Of a stretch of DNA of 36,129 nucleotides, positions 1-9,379 are shown piece by piece (the stretch's first letter is position 1; each line of letters begins with the position of its first letter). The position numbers and the translations under genes were made by a program. The stretch is from sequence record SRR31156797_14282, one strand, 5' to 3'. Under the pieces are notes generated by a model. The model was not told the origin of the DNA. It ran no database searches and saw only the letters and a program-made list of their open reading frames with translations.

Positions 1-1152
1 ATGTGGATGGCTGCAGGTTTTGCAATGCTAGAAGCTGGTCTGGTACGTGCGAAGAACACCACTGAAATTTTGACTAAAAACTTTGTTCTTTACGCAATCG
101 CGTGCACCATGTACCTGTTGGTTGGTTACAACATCATGTATGTTGATAATGCAGAAGCAGGCTGGTTACCTTCAATCGGTGGCCTAATTGGCTCTCAAGG
201 CGAAGGCGCGGATCACTCTCTAGAGTCTGATTTCTTCTTCCAAGTTGTGTTCGTTGCAACTTCTATGTCTGTTGTATCGGGTGCAGTAGCTGAGCGTATG
301 AAGCTTTGGGCATTCCTAATCTTCTCTATCGTACTAACAGCAGTTATCTACCCAGTTGAAGGTTACTGGACTTGGGGCGGCGGCTTCCTATCAGATGCAG
401 GCTTCAGCGATTTCGCTGGTTCAGGTATCGTTCACATGGCAGGTGCAGCAGCAGCTCTAGCTGGCGTATTACTACTGGGTGCTCGTAAAGGTAAATACGG
501 TAAGAATGGTGAAGTTTACCCAATCCCAGGTTCAAACATGCCTCTAGCAACGCTAGGTACGTTTATCCTATGGTTCGGTTGGTTCGGCTTCAACGGTGGT
601 TCTCAGCTGATGGTTTCTGATTTCGAAAACGCAACAGCAGTAGGCCAAATCTTCCTGAATACGAACGCAGCAGCAGCAGCGGGTGCAATCGCAGCGCTTC
701 TAGTGTGTAAAACAACTTGGGGTAAAGCTGACCTAACTATGATCCTTAACGGTGCGTTAGCAGGTCTAGTTGCAATCACTGCAGACCCTCTATCACCATC
801 ACCGCTATATTCAGTGGCAATTGGTGTGGTTGCAGGTGCAATCGTAGTCTTCAGCATCATCGCTCTAGACAAACTAAAAATCGATGATCCAGTGGGTGCT
901 ATCTCTGTACACGGTGTGTGTGGTTTCTTCGGCCTAATGGTTGTTCCACTAAGCAACGATGGCGCATCATTCGGTTCTCAGCTTCTAGGCGCAGTCGTTA
1001 TCTTCGCTTGGGTATTCGCAGCAAGCCTAGTGGTTTGGGGCATCCTTAAAGCAACAATGGGTATCCGCGTTTCTGAAGAAGAAGAGCAAGAAGGTATGGA
1101 TATGCATGATTGTGGTGTAGAAGCTTATCCAGAGTTTTCTGTACTAAAATAA
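1..1152 (+). CDS. amtB: Ammonium transporter (Amt family), 5'-truncated by the window edge
   Basis: Multi-TM protein with Amt motifs DFAGSGIVH, LWFGWFGFNGGS and DDPVGAISVHG (twin His). MWMAAGFAMLEAG is an internal TM1 segment, so the true start is upstream of the window. Confidence 0.95.
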   Translation: MWMAAGFAMLEAGLVRAKNTTEILTKNFVLYAIACTMYLLVGYNIMYVDNAEAGWLPSIGGLIGSQGEGADHSLESDFFFQVVFVATSMSVVSGAVAERMKLWAFLIFSIVLTAVIYPVEGYWTWGGGFLSDAGFSDFAGSGIVHMAGAAAALAGVLLLGARKGKYGKNGEVYPIPGSNMPLATLGTFILWFGWFGFNGGSQLMVSDFENATAVGQIFLNTNAAAAAGAIAALLVCKTTWGKADLTMILNGALAGLVAITADPLSPSPLYSVAIGVVAGAIVVFSIIALDKLKIDDPVGAISVHGVCGFFGLMVVPLSNDGASFGSQLLGAVVIFAWVFAASLVVWGILKATMGIRVSEEEEQEGMDMHDCGVEAYPEFSVLK

Positions 1153-1172
1153 TGAATACTTGAACTTCGTCG

Positions 1173-1201
1173 AAAAAACCTGCCAATTTGGCAGGTTTTT
1201 T
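1173..1201 (+). terminator. Rho-independent terminator after amtB
   Basis: AAAAAACCTGCCA-att-TGGCAGGTTTTTT hairpin plus U-tract, 20 nt after the stop codon. Confidence 0.9.
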
Positions 1202-1212
1202 ATTATTTAAGA

Positions 1213-1270
1213 TTGTGTTACGTGGTAGTGGTTTATATACTTTATGGAAATAAAAAACGTTATCATTATC
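1213..1270 (+). promoter_or_regulatory. Putative sigma70 promoter and Fur box for fbpABC
   Basis: TTGTGT(1213)-17 nt-TATACT(1236). AATAAAAAACGTTATCATT(ATC) at 1249-1270 resembles the Fur box AATGATAATNATTATCATT, upstream of an iron transporter. Confidence 0.7.
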
Positions 1271-1291
1271 AATATTTATTAGGTTTGAACG

Positions 1292-2305
1292 ATGAAAAAA
1301 ATGCTCACTCTTTCTGCAATTGCGTTAAGTACCTTAGCCCCTTCTGTAATGGCAGCTGAGGAAGTTAATGTCTACTCTTACCGTCAACCTTTCTTAATTG
1401 AACCCATGTTTAAAGAGTTCACTGAAGAAACGGGTATTAAAGTAAATGTTAAGTTCGCTAAATCAGGTATTGCTGAGAAGCTTGCTCAAGAAGGTGAATA
1501 CAGCCCTGCAGACGTAGTGCTGACTTCTGAGTTTAGCCGTCTGTTCGAACTGTCTGATAAAGGCCTTACTCAAGCAGTAGATAGTGACGTTATCGATCAA
1601 AACATTCCTGCCCAGTACCGTGATAGCCAAGATGAATGGTTTGCTCTAACGATTCGTACTCGTAGCGTTTATTCTTCACGCGACCGTATTGGTAAACTAG
1701 GCGAAGAGTTTAACTACCTTGATCTGGCTAAGCCTGAATATAAAGGTAAGATTTGTACTCGCAGCGGTAAGCACCCATACAACATCGCGTTGGTTGCGGC
1801 AATGATTGCCAATCACGGCGAAGCAGAAGCAAAAGCTTGGTTGGAAGGCGTGAAAGCGAATTTAGCGCGTAAACCTCAAGGTAACGACCGTGATCAGGTT
1901 CGTGCTATTAAAGAAGGTCTATGTGATGTGTCACTGGGTAATAGCTACTACCTAGGTAAGATGCTGCAAGATAAAGAACAACAAACTTGGGCTGAGTCTG
2001 TGTACATCAACTTCCCAGATCAAAAAGCACAAGGTACGCACGTTAACGTAAGTGGTATGGCTATGGCTAAATACGCGCCTAACCGTGAAAATGCGCTTAA
2101 GTTGATGGAATTCTTAACGGGTGAAACTGCTCAGCACATGTACGCAGAAGTGAACTTTGAATACCCGGTTAAATCTGGCGTAGAGCGTTCTGAATTAGTT
2201 GCTTCTTGGGGTGATTTCAAGTCTGACTCACTTCCATTAGAGAAAATTGCTGATAATCACACCGCAGCAATTAAACTTCTGGATGAAGTGAAATTTGACC
2301 TTTAA
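1292..2305 (+). CDS. fbpA: Fe3+ ABC transporter periplasmic binding protein
   Basis: Signal peptide (MKKMLTLSAIAL...VMA|AEE), VYSYRQ and GNSYY (tandem Tyr iron ligands). Followed by a permease and an ATPase. Confidence 0.93.
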   Translation: MKKMLTLSAIALSTLAPSVMAAEEVNVYSYRQPFLIEPMFKEFTEETGIKVNVKFAKSGIAEKLAQEGEYSPADVVLTSEFSRLFELSDKGLTQAVDSDVIDQNIPAQYRDSQDEWFALTIRTRSVYSSRDRIGKLGEEFNYLDLAKPEYKGKICTRSGKHPYNIALVAAMIANHGEAEAKAWLEGVKANLARKPQGNDRDQVRAIKEGLCDVSLGNSYYLGKMLQDKEQQTWAESVYINFPDQKAQGTHVNVSGMAMAKYAPNRENALKLMEFLTGETAQHMYAEVNFEYPVKSGVERSELVASWGDFKSDSLPLEKIADNHTAAIKLLDEVKFDL

Positions 2306-2312
2306 TTGATGG

Positions 2313-2341
2313 TAGGGGTATAACTATACCCCTATGTTTTT
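2313..2341 (+). terminator. Intercistronic hairpin / partial terminator after fbpA
   Basis: TAGGGGTATA-ac-TATACCCCTA followed by TGTTTTT. Confidence 0.65.
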
Positions 2342-2394
2342 AAAGCGATATGAGGCGCATTTATGCATCTCAAATTGTCTTGTTGTAATAGACA

Positions 2395-4020
2395 ATGAAA
2401 GAAAAACACCTTATATGGAAAACCAGTAGTGTCGCTTTGGCTACGCTACTGGTTTTGCCGATCTTAGCGATATTCTATACCGCTGTTGGACAAACGGATG
2501 ATGTGTTCAGTCATCTCATGTCAACGGTGATGCCGACCTACGCCTTTAATACCGTCGTTCTTACTATTAGCGTAATGCTGCTTTCTTTGCTGTTCGGCGT
2601 GCCCAGTGCCTGGATTATGGCAATGTGTAAGTTACCCGGCGAAAAGGTACTACAGTGGGCGCTAGTGCTTCCTCTGGCTATTCCTGGCTATATTGTTGGT
2701 TATATTTTTACTGGCTGGTTTGATTATGCGGGCCCAGTACAGGTATGGCTTCGAGACATTACTGGTTGGCAAGCGAATGAATATTGGTTCCCTGATATTC
2801 GTAGCCTCGCTGGCGCTAGTATTGTACTGGCTTTAGTGTTGTACCCTTATGTCTATTTGATGTGTCGAGCCGCATTTATGGAGCAAAACGTTTCCATATT
2901 GCAGTCGGCGCGTTTACTAAAATGCTCTCCTTGGGAGAGTTTTCGTCGAATTTCATTACCGTTAGTTCGTCCTTCTATTGCCGTTGCTCTTTCGCTGGTG
3001 GCAATGGAAACGTTAGGCGATTTCGGTACGGTCAGCTATTTCGCTGTCAGTACGTTAACCACTGCGGTTTACGATACCTGGCTAAACTACTCAAACCTCA
3101 ACGCGGCTGCGAAAATTTCTGCCATCATGCTAGTGATCATTCTATTGTTGATAAGTGCAGAACGTTATAGCCGACGCAAGCAGAAGCTATATCAAACTCA
3201 ATTTAACAGTCATGAAGATTTACGTTATGACTTACGTGGATGGAAGAAGTGGCTGGCGCTATCATGGTGTTGGGGGCTGATTGCTATCGCATTTATTTTT
3301 CCTCTTCTGCAGCTTGTGAGCTACGCGATAACTTATTTTGAGCAGAGTTGGACCGAAGAGTTCAGGCAGTACGCAATCAACAGCTTAAAAGTCTCATTAA
3401 CGGCCGCGATCATAGCCGTCTCAGTAGCCTTAGTGGTTAACTTTTATGCGCGCTTAAAGCAAAATCGTTTCAGTGTCTCGTTAATGCGCTTGTCTTCGAT
3501 GGGCTACGCAGTTCCGGGAACGGTACTTGCGATAGGAGTTATGGTTCCGGTGTTGACCATGGATCATGTCGTCAATGACATCGCTAAAGCCATGCAATGG
3601 GGGAGACCGGGACTGATATTTTCAGGCACCATGTTTGCAATTATTTTTGCCATGTTAGTGCGATTTTCAGCTGTCGCGATCGGCAGTATTGAAAGCAGTC
3701 TCAACAAGATTTCGCCATCTTTGGATATGGCGGCTCGCACAATGGGGTGTCAGGCAAACAGTATGTTGTTGCGAGTGCATTTACCTTTGGTTCGTCGTGG
3801 TGCTTTGATTGCGGGCTTGCTAGTGTTCATTGAATCAATGAAAGAGCTCAATGCCTCTTTGCTGCTGCGACCATTTAACTTTGAAACATTGGCCACCTAT
3901 GTTTATAACTATGCCTCTGATGAGCATTTAGAGTTAGCCGCTTTGCCAGCCGTGCTATTAGTATTCGTAGGCCTGATTCCACTTGTAATTGTCAACCGTT
4001 CCCTGGAGCAAAAACACTGA
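2395..4020 (+). CDS. fbpB: Fe3+ ABC transporter permease
   Basis: 541-aa duplicated permease with two EAA-like loops (QSARLLKC, MAARTMGC) and LPLAIPGY. Confidence 0.92.
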   Translation: MKEKHLIWKTSSVALATLLVLPILAIFYTAVGQTDDVFSHLMSTVMPTYAFNTVVLTISVMLLSLLFGVPSAWIMAMCKLPGEKVLQWALVLPLAIPGYIVGYIFTGWFDYAGPVQVWLRDITGWQANEYWFPDIRSLAGASIVLALVLYPYVYLMCRAAFMEQNVSILQSARLLKCSPWESFRRISLPLVRPSIAVALSLVAMETLGDFGTVSYFAVSTLTTAVYDTWLNYSNLNAAAKISAIMLVIILLLISAERYSRRKQKLYQTQFNSHEDLRYDLRGWKKWLALSWCWGLIAIAFIFPLLQLVSYAITYFEQSWTEEFRQYAINSLKVSLTAAIIAVSVALVVNFYARLKQNRFSVSLMRLSSMGYAVPGTVLAIGVMVPVLTMDHVVNDIAKAMQWGRPGLIFSGTMFAIIFAMLVRFSAVAIGSIESSLNKISPSLDMAARTMGCQANSMLLRVHLPLVRRGALIAGLLVFIESMKELNASLLLRPFNFETLATYVYNYASDEHLELAALPAVLLVFVGLIPLVIVNRSLEQKH

Positions 4021-5048
4021 TGAGCTGTGCACTATCCATCCAAGATCTCACTTGTCAGTACGACACTCAAACGGTACTGGAGTCGCTATCTCTAGAAGTC
4101 GATCAGGGCGAAATTGTTTGTCTGCTGGGCGCGAGTGGCTGTGGTAAAACAACCTTATTAAAAGCGATTGCTGGGTTGTTACCTTTAGCATCTGGCCATA
4201 TGAGCTTAAATTGCGTGACCATCGATGATGGTGCGAATTGGTTAGCGCCAGAAAAACGTAATATCGGGATGATTTTTCAGGATTACGCACTGTTTCCTCA
4301 TTTAACGGTAGAAGAGAATGTGGGGTTTGGTTTACGCAAATTGGCTGCGACAGAACGCAAAACCAAAGTGCAAGAAATGTTGGATTTGGTCCATCTTAGT
4401 GAGTTCGGTGATCGTTACCCTCACCAGCTTTCAGGCGGTCAGCAGCAACGTGTGGCAATTGCCCGTTCTTTAGCTTACAAACCTGATCTTCTGTTATTGG
4501 ATGAGCCGTTTTCTAACATTGATACTCAGGTTCGCCATGATCTGATTTCAGAGATCCGTAAGATCTTTAAGAAACAGGGCGTAACGGCAATTTTTGTTAC
4601 TCACTCCCGTGAAGAGGCGTTTGCTTTTGCCGACAAAATGGCAGTGATGAATCATGGTGTGATTGAGCAATACGGAACCGCTTCAGAGCTCTATTATCAG
4701 CCATCAAGTAAGTTCGTGGCGGACTTTCTCGGTGGAGGAAGTTACCTTCCGGCCACCCGAAACTCTAAAGGGTTGTTTGTCACATCGTTAGGTACGTTGG
4801 AAGCCGAAGCTCAAATTGATATCGCTATCGGCAGTAGTTGTGACTTATTGTTACGTCCTCAGCAGGTTTTGATTCAAGCTGCTGAAGATAGTGAAGTAAC
4901 GGTATTAGAGCAGCAATTTATGGGCGATCACTGTCGCTATGTGATTGATGTTCATGGGACCAAGCTTTTGGCGACATCTTCTCAGCCAATTTCAGTGGGG
5001 CAGAACGTTGTGGTACAGATCGATGAGCAAGGTATTCTCGCTTTCTAA
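4020..5048 (+). CDS. fbpC: Fe3+ ABC transporter ATP-binding protein
   Basis: Walker A GASGCGKT, signature LSGGQQQR, Walker B LLLLDE. TGA/ATG overlap with fbpB. Confidence 0.92.
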   Translation: MSCALSIQDLTCQYDTQTVLESLSLEVDQGEIVCLLGASGCGKTTLLKAIAGLLPLASGHMSLNCVTIDDGANWLAPEKRNIGMIFQDYALFPHLTVEENVGFGLRKLAATERKTKVQEMLDLVHLSEFGDRYPHQLSGGQQQRVAIARSLAYKPDLLLLDEPFSNIDTQVRHDLISEIRKIFKKQGVTAIFVTHSREEAFAFADKMAVMNHGVIEQYGTASELYYQPSSKFVADFLGGGSYLPATRNSKGLFVTSLGTLEAEAQIDIAIGSSCDLLLRPQQVLIQAAEDSEVTVLEQQFMGDHCRYVIDVHGTKLLATSSQPISVGQNVVVQIDEQGILAF

Positions 5049-5051
5049 TCC

Positions 5052-5182
5052 TTTTTCCTCTTCGTATTTGACGTCGCAGCGTTGTTGGCTGCCTTCGTGA
5101 ACCCCAATCACATAGTAATCTATGCTCATGGGGATTCACTCCCTTACCGCCTAGCTGCAACGTCAGCTACTTTGAGGAAAAA
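5052..5182. repeat. ERIC (IRU)-type intergenic palindromic repeat
   Basis: About 130-bp imperfect palindrome with termini TTTTTCCTC/GAGGAAAAA. The core TGTTGGCTGC...ACCCCAATCACATAG...CTATGCTCATGGGGATTCACTC...CCGCC..CTGCAAC matches the ERIC consensus as I recall it. Confidence 0.88.
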
Positions 5183-5240
5183 TTAACTAAGTTTTTTTGG
5201 TAGGTTACGCAGCCGCGTTGTTGATTATGCTTGTGGAAAA

Positions 5241-5337
5241 CAAAGTAGATATAACTGCGCAAACCGCTCAAGACTTCCTGTGCGCTTATACAAGGGCATT
5301 CATGCCCTTGTATGTTTGCTTCGTCACATCTACTTTG
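5241..5337. repeat. Nested palindromic element (REP/MITE-like) at the 3' end of the chb operon
   Basis: Outer IR CAAAGTAGAT/ATCTACTTTG, extendable with G-U pairs on the minus-strand RNA. Inner perfect 12-bp IR ATACAAGGGCAT-tc-ATGCCCTTGTAT (5288-5313). Confidence 0.7.
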
Positions 5338-5352
5338 CTTATTTGGAACTCG

Positions 5353-6765
5353 TTACAAAGATAAGAATGCCTTCATCTGTAGCAATACACGCTCTGCGGT
5401 TGGTTTGTCTTCCATCTCTGCGAAAATGCGCAGTAATGGCTCTGTACCGGAGAAGCGGGCAATCACCCAACCACCATTCTTGAAGTAGACTTTAGCGCCA
5501 TCTTCGTAGCTGACTTTTTCAATTTCAAACTCAAAGTGAGGCAACTGCTTTTCAACATAGATCTTGTTGTACAGTGCTTCTTTCTCTGCAGCTTTAAATT
5601 TACAGTCACCCTCAGCGGTATAGGCGTATCCATAGCGAGCGTAGATCTCATCCAGCATTTCCGACAGTTTTTTGCCGGTTACGCTGATCATTTCTACCAG
5701 TAAACTGGACGCAAATACGCCATCCTTACCTTTAATATGACCGCGAATGGTTAAACCACCAGAACTTTCACCGCCAAGTAAAGAGTCATCGGCTTCCATT
5801 TGTGAACTGATGTGCTTAAAGCCAACCGGTACTTCAAAGCATTGTTCATTGTGGTCAGCCGCGATTCTGTCTAACAGGTGAGTGGTTGCAATGTTACGAA
5901 CCACGGAACCGTTCCAGCCTTTGTATTCCAGTAGGTAGTAGTAAAGCAGCATCAGTACTTCATTCGGGTGAATGAAGTTGCCTTTCTCATCGATGATCCC
6001 TAGTCGGTCAGCATCGCCATCGGTACCAATACCGATATCGTAGCCTTCATTCTTCACAAGGTGCTGTAAGCGATACAAGGTGCTGGCACTTGGTGATGGC
6101 ATCAAACCACCAAAATCTGGGTTTTTACCATCGTTGATCACATCAACATCACAACGACCATTGATCAATACGGTTTGTAGTGCGTTTTTCGCAACACCAA
6201 ACATCGGGTCAATCAACACTCTTAAATTGGCTTTTTTGATCGATTCAATGTCGATAAAGTCGATAATTGAGTCAACAAACTCATTCATCGGGTTGATTGC
6301 GATAATTTGTTGGTTTTGCAGAGCTTGCTCAAACTCAGTCGATTTCACATCACTTGCTGTCAATGTTGCAATTTGCTGTTCGATCTTTTTGGTGATCTCC
6401 TCATCCGCATCGCGGCCGCCGCGAATGAAGACTTTGACGCCGTTATAATCTGCCGGGTTGTGTGAAGCCGTAATACAGGCCGAATAAGCACAGTCGAGTT
6501 GTTTGGCTTTAAACATCACCACAGGCGTTGGGACAAACTTATCGATAAAGCTGACGGTAATGCCGTTGCCAGCTAAGACTTCTGCAAACCATTTTGCGGC
6601 TTTATCGGAAAGGAATCGGCGGTCGTAGCCGATCACGAACCCTTCATCGGTGACATTTTCTATATTAATGATATTCGCTAACGATTGAGCTACTAGGCGA
6701 ACGTTATCCTTAGTGAATTGTTCACCAATAAAAGCGCGCCAACCACCCGTACCAAATTGAATCAT
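5353..6765 (-). CDS. Phosphohexomutase (GlcNAc-1-phosphate mutase of the chb operon)
   Basis: FGTGGWR, TASHNP (catalytic Ser), DGDADR (metal loop), GGESSG and RFSGTEP. Last gene of the chb operon. Confidence 0.9.
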   Translation of the reverse strand: MIQFGTGGWRAFIGEQFTKDNVRLVAQSLANIINIENVTDEGFVIGYDRRFLSDKAAKWFAEVLAGNGITVSFIDKFVPTPVVMFKAKQLDCAYSACITASHNPADYNGVKVFIRGGRDADEEITKKIEQQIATLTASDVKSTEFEQALQNQQIIAINPMNEFVDSIIDFIDIESIKKANLRVLIDPMFGVAKNALQTVLINGRCDVDVINDGKNPDFGGLMPSPSASTLYRLQHLVKNEGYDIGIGTDGDADRLGIIDEKGNFIHPNEVLMLLYYYLLEYKGWNGSVVRNIATTHLLDRIAADHNEQCFEVPVGFKHISSQMEADDSLLGGESSGGLTIRGHIKGKDGVFASSLLVEMISVTGKKLSEMLDEIYARYGYAYTAEGDCKFKAAEKEALYNKIYVEKQLPHFEFEIEKVSYEDGAKVYFKNGGWVIARFSGTEPLLRIFAEMEDKPTAERVLLQMKAFLSL

Positions 6766-6865
6766 GATAGTTCTCCTTAATTAGGCTTACATCGAGTGGG
6801 TATTGAATGCCCATCAGAATGAACTTTAGTGCTTAGTTCAATACCCACTCACGCCTAATTTTTGA

Positions 6866-9268
6866 TTAGCCCAATACCACGGTGATTTGGTTTACGCTGT
6901 CTTGAGGTTGAGCCTCAATCGCTTCAACTTGTTCACCATTGACTGTGATGGATGCAACGCCTTTGCTAACGCTATCTGGGTTTTGCACGTTAATTTGGTA
7001 AGTCGCTCCACGCCATTGACGAGTGACTTCGAACTCCGGCCATGACGCTGGGATACAAGGGTCAACAATCAGAGTATCGAATCCAGTACGAACACCTAGG
7101 ATATAGTTTGTTGCTGCGTAGTAAGCCCAACCTGATGTACCCGTCAACCAAGGGTGGTTTGCACGACCATGATCTTGATGGTCACGACCCATGATGAACT
7201 GAACATATGAGTACGGTTCAGCCACGCGAGTTTCAATCATATCGTTTTGGTTGTATGGGTTTAGAGAGTCGTAGAACTCCATCGCTCTGTCACCTCGGCC
7301 CAATTTTGCTTCTGCAACCCAAGCCCATGGGTTTGGATGCGAGAAAATCGCTCCATTTTCTTTTACGCCTTGGTAAACACGGGTAACGAAACCAATGTCA
7401 TCGTTTGGTGTTGCGAAAGAAGGTGCGTTAAGGTGCAGGCCGTATGGTGAGTACAAGTACTTGTACACTGCATCCATCGCTTTTTCGCCGCGCTCTTGAG
7501 AAACAGCACCAGACAATACGGCTAATGTGTTCGACTCAAGGTGCACTTTGCCTTCTTGTTGTTCAAAAGTACCGATCTTGTCGCCATCTTTGGTTAAACC
7601 ACGGATATACCATTCGCCCTGACCATCCCATAGATGAGTTTCGCAAGCGTCTTGTACGCCATCAGCCATTGCCTGATACTTACTTAATGCTTGCTCATCG
7701 TTACGGTATTGTGCCAGCTCAAGGAAAGCTTCCAGAGCCCAGAAGTGAAGGAAAGAAACCATGGCTGACTCACCACCGCCCAAGTTTAGACAGTCATTCC
7801 AGTCAGCACGCAGACCTTTACAAATACCCGTTTGACCAACGTACTCTGCTGAGAAGTCGAGCGCCGCCATCATGTGTTGGTATACGGTAGCATCACCACC
7901 GTCAGCGTATGGGATCACTTCATCGATAAAGCTGAAGTCACCGGTTTCTTTTACGTAGTTAAGGATGGTTGGAACAATCCATAAGTGATCGTCCGAACAC
8001 GTATCTTTAATGCCGTGGATCTTATCTTCATCAGACGGAGTAGGAACAACCGTTGGTGATTTAGAAGGTTTCACATCGACTTTTTCTGGATCAAACCAGT
8101 CTGGATCAAACAGGTGTAGACCGTAGCCAGCTTTAACTTGGCCGCGCAGAAGATCCACTAAGCGTTTACGAGTCATGGCTGGGTTTGTGTGTGGCACTGA
8201 AATGGCATCTTGTGCCGTATCACGGTAGCCAAGGCCTGTACGTCCACCAACCTCGATAAAGGAAGCAAAGCGTGACCAAACCACACAAGTTTCTGCTTGG
8301 TATAGAGTCCAAGCGTTTAACATGGTGTTTAGTCCTTCGTTCGGTGATTTCACCTGAAACTTATCACAACGCTCATCCCAGTGTTGCTTGATGCCCGCAA
8401 ACGCTTTATCCACTTCAGTCAGGTCTTGATATTTCTCGCGCAGTCTTTCGCCATTGCCTTTACCAACACCTAGCACCACTGCGAAGCGTACTTTTTCGCC
8501 CGGTTGTAGTGTGAACTGCTTATGCAGAGCGCCACAATGGTTGTAACAGGTTTGCGTGACGTTAGAACATTTACCCTGTTCAACGGCAATAGGGTTCGCT
8601 TCGTCGCGGTACATGCCTAAGAAGGTATCGCGTTGCCCATCGTAGCTATCCGCATCAAACGTTGCGGTTAGGTAGTAGTAGCCAAGGAAGTCGTCAGTGT
8701 TGTAATAAAGGTCGTATTCAATCACACCGTCTTTATAATCAGTGCCCGCAGAGTAAAGCGACATTTGATGGTTTTGGTTGTCCGATGCAATGTGGCTAAA
8801 TGAAAACTCAACGTAGTTAAACGCACTGATTGTGCGAGGACGATCTGAAGTGTTTTCGATAACGACATCCCACACTTCCGCGTCTTCACCTTTAGGTACA
8901 AACAGAGTTTTGGTTGCTACGATGCCATTGTAATCACATTTAAATTTTGAGTATGACAAGCCGTGGCGAACTTCATAGCTCGCTTGCTCTAGGCTTTTGG
9001 CTACAGGCTGCCAAGAGACAGACCAGAAATCACCGGTTTCGTCGTCACGAAGATAAACATAGTGACCAGGACGATCTTGGGTAAAGTTAGGGCGGAATTT
9101 GGTTACTCGGTTGTACTCTGGTGAGTGATAGAACGAGTATCCACCTGCGTTATGCGAGATAACGGTACAAAATTTTTCCGTTCCCAGATAGTTCGTCCAT
9201 GGTGCTGGTACATCAGGACGAGTGATGACGTATTCACGATTATCATTATCGAAATAGCCGTATTTCAT
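6866..9268 (-). CDS. chbP: N,N'-diacetylchitobiose phosphorylase (GH94)
   Basis: 800 aa; MKYGYFDNDNREY start, GLGYRDTAQD, ADWNDCLNL, KENGAIFSH and WLTGTSGW. Confidence 0.95.
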   Translation of the reverse strand: MKYGYFDNDNREYVITRPDVPAPWTNYLGTEKFCTVISHNAGGYSFYHSPEYNRVTKFRPNFTQDRPGHYVYLRDDETGDFWSVSWQPVAKSLEQASYEVRHGLSYSKFKCDYNGIVATKTLFVPKGEDAEVWDVVIENTSDRPRTISAFNYVEFSFSHIASDNQNHQMSLYSAGTDYKDGVIEYDLYYNTDDFLGYYYLTATFDADSYDGQRDTFLGMYRDEANPIAVEQGKCSNVTQTCYNHCGALHKQFTLQPGEKVRFAVVLGVGKGNGERLREKYQDLTEVDKAFAGIKQHWDERCDKFQVKSPNEGLNTMLNAWTLYQAETCVVWSRFASFIEVGGRTGLGYRDTAQDAISVPHTNPAMTRKRLVDLLRGQVKAGYGLHLFDPDWFDPEKVDVKPSKSPTVVPTPSDEDKIHGIKDTCSDDHLWIVPTILNYVKETGDFSFIDEVIPYADGGDATVYQHMMAALDFSAEYVGQTGICKGLRADWNDCLNLGGGESAMVSFLHFWALEAFLELAQYRNDEQALSKYQAMADGVQDACETHLWDGQGEWYIRGLTKDGDKIGTFEQQEGKVHLESNTLAVLSGAVSQERGEKAMDAVYKYLYSPYGLHLNAPSFATPNDDIGFVTRVYQGVKENGAIFSHPNPWAWVAEAKLGRGDRAMEFYDSLNPYNQNDMIETRVAEPYSYVQFIMGRDHQDHGRANHPWLTGTSGWAYYAATNYILGVRTGFDTLIVDPCIPASWPEFEVTRQWRGATYQINVQNPDSVSKGVASITVNGEQVEAIEAQPQDSVNQITVVLG

Positions 9269-9379
9269 GGTGATTTCCTTTTTCTAACGGCTGCGAATAA
9301 CACAGCCAATGTCGATGCTAACGAATTTGAATATCTGCATTTCCTTTCATGCGCCGCATGCTAGGAAAAATAACGTTTA

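Noticed and set aside
667..681. (GCA)n run in amtB
   Set aside because: Encodes a normal poly-Ala TM segment, not a contingency repeat.
603..956. Antisense ORF in amtB, and similar 60-150-aa antisense or alternate-frame ORFs inside the chb genes, chiS, hemL and tyrS
   Set aside because: All overlap well-supported conserved genes and have no protein-like features.
4918..5160. 80-aa minus-strand ORF
   Set aside because: Starts inside the ERIC repeat and runs antisense to fbpC; an artefact.
5048..5352. Possible CRISPR or integron attC array in palindrome-rich spacers
   Set aside because: No regularly spaced direct repeats, no cas or intI genes, no cassette ORFs; better explained by ERIC/REP-like elements.
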